NCBI RefSeq assembly: GCF_018350175.1
Contig: NC_058368.1
Location: 1,054,001-1,118,000, forward strand
Direction of reading: 5' to 3'
Length of the DNA stretch: 64,000 nucleotides
Origin: Felis catus
Taxonomy: Eukaryota
Shown here: positions 25,880-37,902 of the stretch, one piece after another
Position numbering within the stretch: position 1 is the first letter of the stretch
How the letters are laid out: every line of letters begins with the position of its first letter
Made by a program: the position numbers and the translations under genes
Notes under the pieces: generated by a model
Seen by the model: the letters and a program-made list of their open reading frames with translations, nothing else
Database searches by the model: none
What the model was told of the DNA's origin: nothing

Positions 25880-27250
25880 CTGCTTTTTAAAAAACCCTAA
25901 TCTGTTCAGTTTTTTTCCATCTCCTGTTGTCACCTTTGTTTTCAGCTACCATCATCTCTCAGCTGGATCAATGGCCTTCTAGTTTCTTTGCCTCTAGTCT
26001 TGCCTTCTCATCCATTTTCCACATAGCAGCCCGGGAGATGTATTAAAAACATAAGTGACATGTTAACCTTTTGGTGGAAACACTGCAATGTTTCAACCTG
26101 TTACAGTAAAATCCAAACTTGTGTTTAAAATTCATGATTTCTGATTGCAGGGATGTGTTTTGTTTGTTGATTCCCACTCTCCCCCCACCGCCCTCAGGTG
26201 TCCAGATCAGTGTCCTGTGCATACTAGGTTGGATGCTTTGTAAATCTTTGTTGAATGCAGTTAATGAATTAACTTGTTGTCATTGGAAGCTTGTTCTGTG
26301 CATGTTTTTATATCTCCTACAATTCTTCCCTACCTTGTTCAGCCACATTGGTCTTTATTTTATTGCTTGGATTCACCAGCTTCATTGCCTTCAGGCTTGA
26401 ATGTAGGAATGCCCTTCCTACAATTTTGCCACAGTGAATCTTTCTTGTCATTCCAGATTTCAGTGTAAATGTCACCTGGCCAAAGAGGTCTTCTCTGATA
26501 ACTCTATTACCAATTTGTTGTTAAAAACTTTAAATTTTGCTTTAAAAACAAGTGAGAAATTGTGTTCAAAAATTAAGAAAAACAATGAAATATACAATGA
26601 ACAATTTCTCTATCCCTGTCCTTGTTACACCATCTGCCAAAGTGATATGTATAGTAGTGTCATCTTCATTGTTTCAGAAGCTCTTTATAGCAAAATAAGC
26701 AAATGGCAGCATATATGAAGTAGTAAATGTTCTTAAACCACCCGTTTTGTGTTTTATTTTTTTAAACCGGGCTAAATGACTTTATTAGAGAAAGAGGATT
26801 ACAAAAGACTCAAGAGTTGGCCTTGGGGCTCTTGAACCAGTCTTTTAAGACTTGTACAACCACTGTTTTCTCACCATCTCAGAAAACCTACTTTATGAAA
26901 ATTAGGCTACCATGTATAAACCACTTCAAATTCCCGTCCACCTTGTCTCCAAACTAACCTACACCCCCCCCCCCCGTCCCTTTTTTTTTTTTAACCTACA
27001 ATCTATATCCACCCTTTATCCTCTGCCTGTTCTATATTTTCTTTCCTGTTTAGTCACTGAAACTGAGGTGATTGATGTTCAAGATTAGTTCTGCTACCAC
27101 CTGTGTCCATGACCTCATCTTCTCCCATTGCTCAAGAACTTATCTTCTTTCTTTTCTGGCTCTTCACTGTTAACTCTTTGCAGTCTCTTTGGCTTCAGCA
27201 TAGCCCTGCATATTTATCAGGAGCTCAGAAAATAATTGGTTGAATACAGC
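25880..27250 (+). mobile_element. L2 fragments
   Basis: accatcatctctcagctggat, tccacatagcagcc, aaatgtcacctggccaaagaggtcttctctga and a 3' tgttgaatg-like end. Confidence 0.6.
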
Positions 27251-27254
27251 AGAG

Positions 27255-27420
27255 TAATGAAGAGTTTGGACTACTGAGTTATAAAGACCTGGGTATGCAT
27301 TTTAGCTGTGTGACTTTGGCAGGTTAATTAGCATCTCCAAGACATAAATTCTTCTTCATTAAAATGGGACAGAAATTATAACTATATCACGTGTTATATT
27401 GAAGATATAACTAGGAAGTA
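27255..27420 (+). mobile_element. MIR
   Basis: agacctgggt...tagctgtgtgactttggcaggttaatta...aaaatggg MIR core. Confidence 0.6.
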
Positions 27421-27425
27421 TAGTG

Positions 27426-27853
27426 TGTATATTTCCTGTGGCCATTGTAACAAATTACCATAACCTTGGTGGCTTAAAACAATAGAAAATTTTTGCTCTC
27501 ATAATTCTGGAGGTCAGAAGTTGGAAATCAGTGACACAGGGATCAAATCAAGGTGTCAGCAGGGCCAGGCTTCCTCTGGAAGCTTTGGCAGAGAATCCAT
27601 TCCTTGCCTACATTCTGGTGACTGCCAACATCCCTTGGCTGCATCACTTCAGTCTCTGATCTGCCTCTATGCTTGTAATCTCCTTCTACCTCCCTTTGCA
27701 AACTGGTGCATTTAGGGCCCACCTAGCTAATCTGTTTCTAAATTCTTGACCTTAATCATATCTGCAAAGACCCTTTTACCATGTAAGGTAACATTTACAG
27801 GTTCCAGGGATTGGGATCTGATATCTTTGGGGGCCATTATTCAGCCTGATACA
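27426..27853 (-). mobile_element. MLT1 (ERVL-MaLR) solo LTR
   Basis: gtaacaaattaccataaccttggtggcttaaaacaa...caaggtgtcagcagggcc...ggggccattattcagcct are hallmark MLT1 motifs. Confidence 0.88.
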
Positions 27854-28385
27854 TGGATATAAAGCATACAGCAATAGTGCCTGGCAAATAAGGATTTAAG
27901 CTTTCTGGATAAGGTCAACAAGGATTTCAGATTCTCAGAAGGATTCAATTATATAGTTGTAAGGGGGCCAGGGAATATGAAAAAAAAGGGATTAAAAAAA
28001 GATGAGGCAAGGGAAATTAGGGATTAGATCATGTCACCTTACTCAATACAGTAGATACATAGGATAAATGTATAGACAAGGGATTTTTATTGCCAGGTTT
28101 TTGTTATTTTCCTGCTCAAACGTATATTGAAGGATTTATCCATGTTTCCAATGGTAAAGTTTATAGCTTAAATAGTATGGTAGAAAGGTGGTGGTGGAAG
28201 TGGGAATATACTACATATCATTACTGAAAATTGGAGGATTACCTTTTTATATTGCAAGAGGTTCCCATGGAGACTATATGAAATTTAGTGAATGACATCA
28301 TAGAATGGATACCAAATTTTTCCTTTATTTAATAAGAATTGTCATTTAGAATAAAAAAGAAAATTACCTTTAAAAAGTTCTTTCA

Positions 28386-28611
28386 GGGGTGCTTTGGGTG
28401 GCTCATTTGGGCGTCTGACTCTTGATTTTGGCTCAGGTCATGATCTCATGGTTTGTAAGGCTGAGCCCCACGTCAGGCTCTGCATGGACAGTGCTGAACG
28501 TGCTTGGGATTGTCCCCCCCCCCCCCCCCCCCCCCCCGCCGTGCTTACATGTGCTCACATCCTATCTCAAACACATAAACTTTAAAAATAAAAACCAAAT
28601 AAATAAATAAA
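28386..28611 (+). mobile_element. Can-SINE with poly-C, about 70 nt upstream of the first coding-exon acceptor
   Basis: ggggtgctttgggtggctca head; TSD tctttcag. Confidence 0.88.
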
Positions 28612-28692
28612 TCTTTCAGTTAGAATAACAAAAGATCATACTGACATTTGTTTTCTTTTTCTTCTTTCCATCTCCTTGACAGGTTTTTTGGC

Positions 28693-29539
28693 ATGGACAC
28701 AGGTTCAGTGGGAGGATTAGAATTGACTGATCAGACTCCTGTTTTATTAGGGAGTACGGCCATGGCAACTAGTCTCACCAATGTAGGAAATTCATTTAGT
28801 GGTCCACCTAATCCTTTAGTTTCTAGATCTAATAAATTTCAAAACTCATCAGTGGAAGATGATGATGATGTTGTTTTTATCGAACCCGTACAACCTCCCC
28901 CACCTTCTGCACCAGTGGTAGCTGATCAAAGGACTGTAACATTTACATCATCAAAAAATGAAGAACTACAAGGAAATGATTCCAAAATTCTTCCATCCTC
29001 AAAAGAGTTGGCTTCTCAGAAGGGAAGTGTAAGTGAGACAATTGTCATTGATGATGAAGAGGACATGGAAACAAATCAAGGGCAAGAGAAAAATTCCTCC
29101 AATTTTATTGAACGGAGACCTCCTGAATCTAAAAACAGAACCAATGATGTGGATTTCTCCACTTCCAGTTTTTCAAGAAGTAAGGTAAATGCAGGAATGG
29201 GTAATAGTGGTATCACCACAGAACCAGACTCTGAAATTCAGATTGCTAATGTTACAACCTTAGAAACAGGTGTAAGCTCTGTGAATGATGGCCAATTAGA
29301 AAATACTGACGGGCGAGATATGAACTTAATGATTACACATGTAACATCACTGCAGAATACCAACTTGGGAGATGTCTCTAACGGACTGCAGTCAAGTAAT
29401 TTTGGTGTTAATATACAAACATACACCCCATCTTTAACTTCACAGACCAAGACTGGAGTAGGACCTTTTAATCCTGGTAGAATGAATGTGGCAGGAGACG
29501 TATTTCAGAATGGAGAATCTGCAACTCATCATAATCCTG
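28693..29539 (+). CDS. ZMYM2: ZMYM2 first coding exon (exon starts at 28683 with 10 nt of 5'UTR; codons 1-282 plus 1 nt)
   Basis: Translation [28 protein letters not shown]...ESATHHNP is recognisable as the ZMYM2 N-terminus. Branch-like ctgac, pyrimidine tract and AG at 28681-82; ATG 28693 in ggcATGg; donor G|gtaagc at 29540. SIM-like motifs DDDDVVFIE and TIVIDDEED. Confidence 0.97.
29185..29445 (+). other. ZMYM2: Candidate in-frame exitron (261 nt, codons 165-251) inside ZMYM2 coding exon 1
   Basis: AAG|gtaaat ... tttaacttcacag|ACC; length divisible by 3; removal gives SRSK|TKTG. Confidence 0.65.
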
Positions 29540-31440
29540 GTAAGCAGTACGTGATCTACCCCATGTAAATGAATTTATTTGTTTGCTCCTTTTTTATTGT
29601 AGTAATTGGTGCTACCTCGGTTAGTTTACTCATGTAAGATAAGTTAATTCTATTGACTTGTAAGTTTGAAATTTTAGCTAATAAGAGATGTAAAACCATG
29701 TATTTCTCTGCAGATTATTAGAAAATCACAGAAATTTATGTCTAAAGGATTGGAGAAAAATGCCTTTTACATTAACTACCACTGAAGTCTAACAGTTTGG
29801 CATCTTACTTGTCATGTAATTACTTTTTGCTAATACAATTTTAGTTCTGTCTAGTAGTAATGTGTAAATAGTGAAAAAAAGATAAACACACTTATGTAAC
29901 AACCTTGTATAATAGGCACATTTAGATTTGTTTTTACTTTACTTGTGTTTAATTTTGACTCTTATCTGATTTTAACTTTTTCTTACTAGCATTTTATATT
30001 TTAATATTTGAAGGCTGGTAAATTTCGCAACTATCTGAAAAATTTTTGTTTAGACAGTTTTGCTCTGTGAAAACATTAAAAAGAGAAGTTACAAGAACTC
30101 TGGCTTTTTGATGACCATGTCTTTGTATGTCCCTTTATCTTTCACCTCTGCCCCTAAACCTTTATATGTCTGTCTTTCTCATATATCCTTCTTTCTGTTT
30201 CTCTCATTTTTTCATCCTTTTAGGCTTATTAGCAACTTTATCAGCCTAGAAATTGTGGAGAATAATAAAGAATGACTAAAGCTTAGTGTAGAATGCTATA
30301 AAATGCTGGTCATTTTTCCTTTTTACTTATTTTTTTTGGTTATGAGTGATGTTTAATTGTTGAAGAATGTTTGGAAAATCTATAATTAAATCCCTGATAG
30401 TGTTTTATTAACTGAAGATTACCGCATCAGTCCTTTGAGTGGTTTTCTTTCAGTCTTTTTCCTTTGCATTATCACTTGGTTGACATGCAACTCTGAATAA
30501 TTTTGCTTCCTGTTTTTTTCCCATTTTAATATTATGTTGTATTTTCTCATACCAATAACATTTATATACAAGTTTTAATGACTGCATAGTGGATATGGAT
30601 ATATCATTCCCATATTTGGTGTTTACAGTTTCCCATATTTTGCTATTATAGATTTATGATGAACATCTTTGTTCAAATTTCTCATTATTTCTTTAGAGTA
30701 TATTTCTAGAAATGAAGTTACAAGGCCAAACGATATCACTGTCCCTATCCTTCCAAAGACTTTTGGTTGAAAAAAAAATCTATCTGGCTTATAATGACTT
30801 TGGAAGAAATAATGTTCCTTACTATTCAATTTGTAAAATATCTCATGCCTTCCAAGACCCTTTCCCTCTATGTGTGTATATGTATTTTCGTAGGCGAGTC
30901 TGGGTGTGGGCATGTATCTGTGAGTTTGTATGAGCATTTTAAAGTTGTAGAAATATACTGTCATATTGCCATCCAGAAAAGTCTTACAAACTTACACGTC
31001 AGCTGTCTATGTATGTTAGTTTCTTTCTCATTGTAACTTTCAGGCTCAAATAAAAGTTTAAGATGCTAATGCTCAAATTAATTTGAAAATAAGTATTTTG
31101 TCTTTATTGTAATTATAAATATTTTAAAAACATAAGAGTATGAGGAAGGAAATAATCTCACCATTGAGAATAGTACATTTAATTCTAACCTGAGATCATA
31201 GTTTAGGTATTGTTTTGTAAACTCTTTCCTCCTCCTACCCCTTTAAATACCTAACAAAACATCTTGAACTTTTGGCCATATCAAGTCTATATGTTTGATT
31301 TATTCTCTATTTAGCTTGGTTCCAGTTTTCACTATTTAAAAAACTCTTAAGGATATTTTTATGCCTGTATCTTGAAATACTTATTTCTTTAGGGATATTG
31401 TTGAGTCAAAGGGGCATATCATTGTAAGAATTGTGTTTCT

Positions 31441-31568
31441 GGGGGTGCCTGGCTGGCTCAGTTGTATAGTGTGTTACTCTTGATCTTGGGGTTATTGGTT
31501 CAAGCCCCATTTTGGATGTAGAGATTACTTAAGAAAAATAAAAAATAAAAAATCTTAAAAAAAAAAAC
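31441..31568 (+). mobile_element. Short old Can-SINE
   Basis: gggggtgcctggctggctcag...ggttcaagcccc...gtagagattact and A tail. Confidence 0.82.
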
Positions 31569-32095
31569 CAATTGTCTTCCTTTTTACTCAAGCTCTTATA
31601 CAAGGGAATGTATACTACTTATCAGAAAAAAACTGAACAGATATACCTTTTTGCTCTTTGTTTCTGAATTAGCTCTTGTTAAATGTGCTGTTTTTATTAG
31701 TAATAGGGAGTTATAAAATCTTGGCTATTTATACTAGCTGTCAGACTAATTGTGATCTGCTGCCCCCTGATGTCCTTTGAATAAAATAGAAGGTTTAGAC
31801 AAAACTTATCTTCCTAAAAATATTTTCATGTTGGAGGATGTGAAAATTTGGTAGCAGAAATATATAAGAACTGAAAAATAGATAAATGGAGACATATTAT
31901 TTATACAGGGTCTAAAACTAAATTAGAAAAAAAAGTATGCCTTTTTTTTTCAAAATCAAGTTAATAGATGCCCTTAAATTTAACTCATTTCTTTAAGAAT
32001 ATGTTCAAGTGATAAACCTACAAAATTGAGCATATGTTCAAATACAAGTTTTGATTGGAGGGCCTTCATAAGGTGGAATTTTCAATTAGTGACTA

Positions 32096-32464
32096 CAGTT
32101 GGCTCTTAAAAACATAGTAAGGGTTAAGAGTGTCAACTTCCCCTCTCTCCCCACCCCCCATGCACTTGAAAATCCATGTATAATTTTTTGACTCCTCCAA
32201 AACATAACTACTAGTAGCCTTCGGGTTTTGTTTTGTTTTGTTTTGTTTTTAACTAGTAGTCTACTGTTGACTGGAAGCCTTACTGATAACAGCATGTATT
32301 TTCTGTATGATATGTATTATATACTGTATTCTTATAGTAAACTAAGCTAGAGAAAAGAATGTTATTAAGAAAATCATAAAAAAATACTTTTACAATACTG
32401 TACTATAAACAAATCTGCATATAAGTGGACTCAGTTCAAACCCATGTTGTTCAAGAGCCAACTG
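32096..32464 (-). mobile_element. Tigger2a-like non-autonomous DNA transposon (TcMar-Tigger)
   Basis: Terminal inverted repeats cagttggctctt(a/g)aa / ttcaagagccaactg, with flanking TA duplications at 32094-95 and 32465-66. Confidence 0.9.
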
Positions 32465-33198
32465 TATTTTCTTTGTAGTCATTAATATTTGTATCTATTT
32501 ATTAAAACTGGTCTATTACCCTGATGATAGCAGAATAACAGGATTCCAGAATGCACTGTTTATTCAACGTATGAAGTATAATTTTGTGGAGAGGGGTATT
32601 ACAGACTAAGGTAAAATTTCAGTAGCAGTGTTATGTAGCCCCTTGAAATAATTATATTGATGGACTGGGTCAGAACCAGGAAATCTCCCTCTTCAAGGTT
32701 TTGAAAATAAAGAAGTTTCCCTGAGCTCTAGATAAATTTGAACTTCCTGTGGAAGGAAAAAGACCATTGTTTTTCATATAGAAGGGTAACTTTTTATGTA
32801 TGGAAGTTGAAAATTTGGAATAACCTAGAAAAGAAAAAAATTACTAGAGACAATAGTAGAATTTAGAAATGGTGGCCTGTAAAGTTTCAAAAGGAAAAAG
32901 GTTATGGTATTGATAGTGTAGTGAGAGATCTGTGGAGCAGTAACTAGTGTAGTAAGCAGGAGACTTTCTGCTAAGTACCAGCTTAAGAGAGAAAAAATAA
33001 ATTCTGCACTCTACTGTTAATGTTGCACATATCTTTTAATTCTGTGCTATGCTGAAACCGTTTGCAGTGAGACCGTAATAATGATGTTGGATGAGTCACT
33101 ATACGTTGGCTTATCATTTCTGTGTAACACTCTAATTTTTTTGGTATTATGTGGTCTATTTAGAGGCCATGGAACTAAACATGGGAAAAGCTGTTTTT

Positions 33199-33425
33199 AT
33201 TTTTAAAAATGTTTATTTGAGAGAGAGAGAGAGAGAGAGCGTGCACGCATGCGTGCAGGTACATGAGTGGGGAGAAGCAGAGAGAGATGGGGAGAGAGAG
33301 AATCCCAAGCAGGCTCCACGCTCAGTGTGGAGCCCTACGTGGGGCTCTGTCTCAGGATTGTGAGATCATGATCTGAGCTGAAATCAAGAGTTGGATGCTT
33401 AAGCAACTGAGCCACCCAGGCACCT
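33199..33425 (-). mobile_element. Can-SINE
   Basis: TSD gaaaagctgttttt-like. Confidence 0.9.
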
Positions 33426-33939
33426 TGGAAAAAGCTGTTTTTGAAAAGGTGTTTTGAATATAATCATATATACAGTTTATCAGACCTGTATTATATTTGT
33501 CAAGTGTTTGGCCAAAATTTTATTATAACTTTCATTATCAACTTTTATGTTTATGTATGTGTTCCTTACTTAAAGGAATATTCTGTAAATTCTTGTTTAA
33601 TCAATAATGGCTAATATTTTTTAATGCTTCCTCTATGCTACTTACTATGTTTTATTGCATGTATTATCTTATTTAATGTTACCATTCCTATGAGGTTGGT
33701 ACCATTTCCAGTTTAGAGAAGAGTTAGGTACAGAGTTTAACTTTCCAGTTTAGTAGGTGGAGTCTAAATGTCAACTAGGCATTCTTAGTCCTTGGGTTTT
33801 TACCTCTCTGCTACATTGCTGCCTTATTAATGTCTTAAACTTGTACAGGATGGGAAGTTAAAACTGTTTCTTTGATAGAGATCCCAATGTGTATAAATAC
33901 CTGTTTCATTTATTCTTCCTTGTGCATTTTGTTTTTAAG

Positions 33940-34225
33940 ATTCTTGGATTTCCCAGTCAGCTTCATTTCCTCGTAATCAGAAACAACCAGGGGTGGATTC
34001 TTTATCACCAGTGGCCTCACTTCCTAAACAAATTTTCCAGCCTTCTGCACAGCAACAACCCACTAAACCAGTTAAAGTCACTTGTGCAAACTGTAAAAAA
34101 CCTTTACAGAAGGGACAGACGGCTTATCAGCGAAAAGGATCAGCTCATCTCTTTTGTTCTACCACCTGCCTTTCTTCCTTCTCTCACAAGCCTGCTCCAA
34201 AGAAACTTTGTGTTATGTGTAAAAA
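33940..34225 (+). CDS. ZMYM2: ZMYM2 coding exon 2 (286 nt; MYM finger 1 and start of finger 2)
   Basis: tttaag|ATTCTTGG continues the frame ([10 protein letters not shown]...CANCKK...LFCSTTC...CVMCK); donor AA|gtaagg at 34226. Confidence 0.97.
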
Positions 34226-34241
34226 GTAAGGTTTACCTTTC

Positions 34242-34362
34242 TCTCCTTCTTTTTTTTTTTTTAAATTAAGTACAGTTGATACACAGCGTTACATTAGTTT
34301 CAGGTGTACAATATAGTGATTGGACAAGTCTCTAAGTTATGCTGTGCTCACCACAAGTGTAG
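34242..34362 (-). mobile_element. Short 5'-truncated L1 3' end (carnivore L1 / L1MA9-like) with 16-bp TSD
   Basis: Poly-T followed by typical L1 3'UTR (tacattagtttcaggtgtacaatatagtgat); TSD gtaaggtttacctttc at 34226-41 and 34363-78. Confidence 0.9.
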
Positions 34363-35733
34363 GTAAGGTTTACCTTTCAGCATAATTCCATGTGGTTGAA
34401 TATTGGTGGTATATAATTTTAGGAAAATTCTGAGTCTTAGAGGCAAATTATGATGTTTGGAAAATTGGTAAGCTAGTTGTTTGAATCTTAAAGCAAAACT
34501 CAGATTTGCAGTGGCTTTGGAGGATTACCTACTACCTCTGGGTGGCTGATGATTAAAAGGCTTCTTATTTGGGGTTGATTTAGATACCAGGCCCTTGTAA
34601 TTAATTTTGGCTCTAATCTCCATTGAACTCCTTGAATTTGTCAAAATGCATGTTTATTTGCATTATTAATTATTAGAATTCTAGCCAGATAAAATTGTTT
34701 TGCAATTTATATCACATTAAAATAGGTCAAATTTTGTACTATCTTCATATTAAGATTATTTTAAATTGGCAAGTCTTTGGATTTTATGTTTTTATGTTAG
34801 TTTTGAACATTCAGTCATTACAATGCCAGTGTTTTAAGACACAAGTAGCAGTTTTTGGATAGCTTTGGGGAGAGACAGTTCTGTCTTACATTATTTTTTA
34901 GTTCTTGCTTCACTAGTTAAAAATAGTGGAACATGGTATATTATGTGCACGGTCGAACCAGGTGGGCTTTCCTTCTGTGCCATCTCTTGGAGCGGCCCAA
35001 ATTTGGGAAGATAGTTTAGATCTTAGAACTTTGAAAAGGTTCTCTGTACAAGTTTAATAAATGCAAGTATTGGAACGGTTACATAGTTTTTAGATTGCTT
35101 TACAGTAGTAGACTTTTACATACTGTAGTATAGGATCTTGAAATTCAGAATTTCATTAAAGGAAAACTTCACAGGTCATCACTTTTGTTTCCTACCATTT
35201 CGAATTGCATTACAGAGCTGTACAGAATGGTAGGTGGGGTCCTTTTGGATTATGGCTATAGGGGTGTACCTAAATAAGTTCATATATCCTCTAGAATATA
35301 TGTCATATTTCTGTGACCTAGATCGTTCCAAGTTTTCTACTTACCTATGGGAAAGGAATTGACTAGGTGTTATAAGTTTGTATCTCAGGAAATTAGGCTT
35401 TGATGTTAAACTCCATATATAAATAATAACAACTGATTTTTTTTACTTTTATTTTTTAAAGTGTTTCCAATGTCTGAAAGCCTTGTTAAGGAGTTTGAAG
35501 ATAAATTGGGTACTGACAAAGATTTAATAGTATGAAATCATTTTGGTTCCTTATCTTCTGTGTTCACATTTTATTGCCAAGAGTTTTTAAATAGTAAACG
35601 TGATTTAATGGATCTAAAAATGGTGTTTGATTCCCAGGGTAAAATATGTGGAAATTAGAAATGTTAATTATTACTCTTACGTTTGATTTTTTTTAAATAC
35701 AAGTTGACTTTAAGCTGTTCACTTACTTTTCAG

Positions 35734-35899
35734 AGATATAACTACGATGAAAGGAACTATTGTCGCTCAAGTGGATTCAAGCGAATCCTTCCAGGAATTC
35801 TGTAGTACATCTTGTTTGTCTCTCTATGAAGACAAACAGAATCCTACTAAAGGAGCTCTAAATAAATCAAGATGTACAATTTGTGGTAAACTAACAGAG
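35734..35899 (+). CDS. ZMYM2: ZMYM2 coding exon 3 (166 nt)
   Basis: ttttcag|AGATATA; DITTMKGTIVAQVD...EFCSTSC...CTICGKLTE; donor GAG|gtttgt. Confidence 0.97.
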
Positions 35900-36631
35900 G
35901 TTTGTATTTTTGTGCCTTCTCTCTTAGTTCTAACTAATGTGAATATTCTTAGCTTTATTTAATAGTTACGACGTCATCAGTATATAGTTCTTTAAAAGTG
36001 GAGATGTATATTCCATTATGTAATCCCTGTGGGAGAATGATTTAGGAAATTTTAAAATATAATACTTTTTCCCTGAGGTTTGGAGCATGTAGAGACAACC
36101 ATAGTGTTTAAATATATAGACTTGACTCGAAACTACCATTCTTAAGAAAGAGAACAAATGGAGGAAATATTTTTAATACCTTAACATTATTCATGTGGTA
36201 TTAAAGTTTTTGCATTTGATTATATTAAAAGAAACCTGTGTATTATACATACCTCATCTGAATTATTTATAACATTGGTTTTCTCCTACCTTTCTAGAGC
36301 AGTGTATTTTATTTATAGTTCCTTTTGGATTTGTCTAAAGATTTCCAGTCTCTTTGTTTTAGAAGTTTTATCCAAACTGGGTTGTTTCCTATCATTTTTA
36401 GATCTCTCTAGAGAAGTTCGTAGTGATGTCGCTAATGCTGACCCCTCTGCCATAAGTGTATTTATTGTGTGTATAAAAATAAGTTCAAAGAATCACGAAC
36501 AGTACTTTGTCTTTCTTTTTCCCTAAATAAGCCTTCCACAGAAAAATTATTGAGGCATTTTCTATTGGAGCACCTTGTTATTTAGCTACTTGTGATACTC
36601 ATTTATTTTTTAAAATTTTGTTTGTTTTTAG

Positions 36632-36844
36632 ATTCGCCATGAAGTTAGCTTTAAAAATATGACTCATAAGCTGTGCAGTGACCACTGCTTTAATAGATAC
36701 AGAATGGCCAATGGTTTAATAATGAATTGCTGTGAACAGTGTGGAGAGTACCTGCCCAGCAAAGGTGCTGGAAATAATGTCCTGGTGATTGATGGTCAGC
36801 AGAAAAGATTTTGCTGTCAAAGCTGTGTCAGTGAATACAAACAG
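36632..36844 (+). CDS. ZMYM2: ZMYM2 coding exon 4 (213 nt)
   Basis: tttttag|[25 protein letters not shown]...CEQC...[12 protein letters not shown]; donor CAG|gtaact. Confidence 0.97.
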
Positions 36845-37108
36845 GTAACTCATGATCTAATCAAAATTGGCCATTCTTTTGAATATGTTTTAAATTGCTA
36901 TAATAGCTTTATTTTAGCAGCATTTATTTATACTCTAGATTTATCCTGGAATCTCACTTAATTCCATTGTTATCTTCATCTCTTGGAGATAACATATCTC
37001 AAATGAATACTGATATATGTAAATTACTAGAAATTGTGATTTTTCATATAATGGTAAATGCTAGCAGAATGATTACTCTTTTGAAATATTACATATGTAT
37101 TTTTTGCT

Positions 37109-37246
37109 GGGGCGCCGGGGTAACTCAGTTGGTTAAGTGTCCGACTCTTGGTTTCGGCTCAGGTCATGATCTCACAGTTTGTGAATTTGAGCCCCGTATA
37201 GGGCTTTGCGCTGGCTGTGCAGAGCCTGATTGGGATTTTCTCTCTC

Positions 37247-37279
<33 letters not shown>

Positions 37280-37282
37280 GTG

Positions 37283-37335
<53 letters not shown>

Positions 37336-37398
37336 TCCTCTCCTGTTCACATTGTCTCTGTCTCTTTCAAAATCAATAAACTAAAAAAAAAAAAAAAA
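37109..37398 (+). mobile_element. Can-SINE with long (CT)n
   Basis: ggggcgccggggtaactcagttggttaag head and A tail. Confidence 0.9.
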
Positions 37399-37902
37399 TA
37401 TTTTTGGGGCGTTGGAGGAGAGGTGTTGCAAATAATGATTTTTCAAAAAGCTTTGTTTAAGAAGATTATTTATATTTCAATTTTAAGGTCTTTTGATGTA
37501 GTTTGTTTTTGAATATATTCAAAAGTAAAATGTACGTTAAAATATATGTTCAGAGAAAACCAGCTCCTGTTTCTATCTTCTTTTGGTTCCTACTTATGTT
37601 TTATAGGTATCAGTTTTTCAGTTTTTATTCTTTTATAGTTTCTCTTCTTTATGAAGAATTAAGAAAGTATGTAATTCATTCTTCGTTTCTCTTTTTCCTA
37701 TACAAAAGGCAACATATTGTATGTACTACGCTGCCTCTTCAATGTTTCATTTCACAGCGTATCTTGGAAATCATTGTCTATCAATGATATATGGACTTTC
37801 CTCTCTTCTGTTTTTTAATGGCTGTTCAAGTTAAATTTTCAGGAAAACTATGAGCTGGTTATTCAAAACATTAAAAATAAATTGTATAAACATAGATAAA
37901 TT

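Noticed and set aside
28514..28537. Long poly-C runs (also about 15149, 26964 and 38022) as G4/i-motif elements
   Set aside because: Mostly repeat-derived homopolymers whose length is unreliable in assemblies; no supporting context.
28648..28692. ORF-track N-terminal extension [15 protein letters not shown]
   Set aside because: Starts at a non-ATG codon within the polypyrimidine tract; the real start is the ATG at 28693.
31441..31520. tRNA-like A/B boxes
   Set aside because: Head of a tRNA-derived Can-SINE with an A tail, not an intact tRNA gene.
33075..33140. Possible intronic C/D snoRNA (atgatg) or AP-1 site
   Set aside because: No D box or terminal stem at a suitable distance; a lone TGAGTCA is expected by chance.
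33889..34269. 126-aa alternative-frame ORF overlapping coding exon 2
   Set aside because: Begins in the intron at a non-ATG codon; best explained as a shadow frame of the real exon.
36967..37512. 181-aa ORF, the longest non-ZMYM2 ORF
   Set aside because: Runs through a Can-SINE and its (CT)n tract (SLSLSL); no coding signature. The same applies to the many MAQ.../ERERER ORFs.
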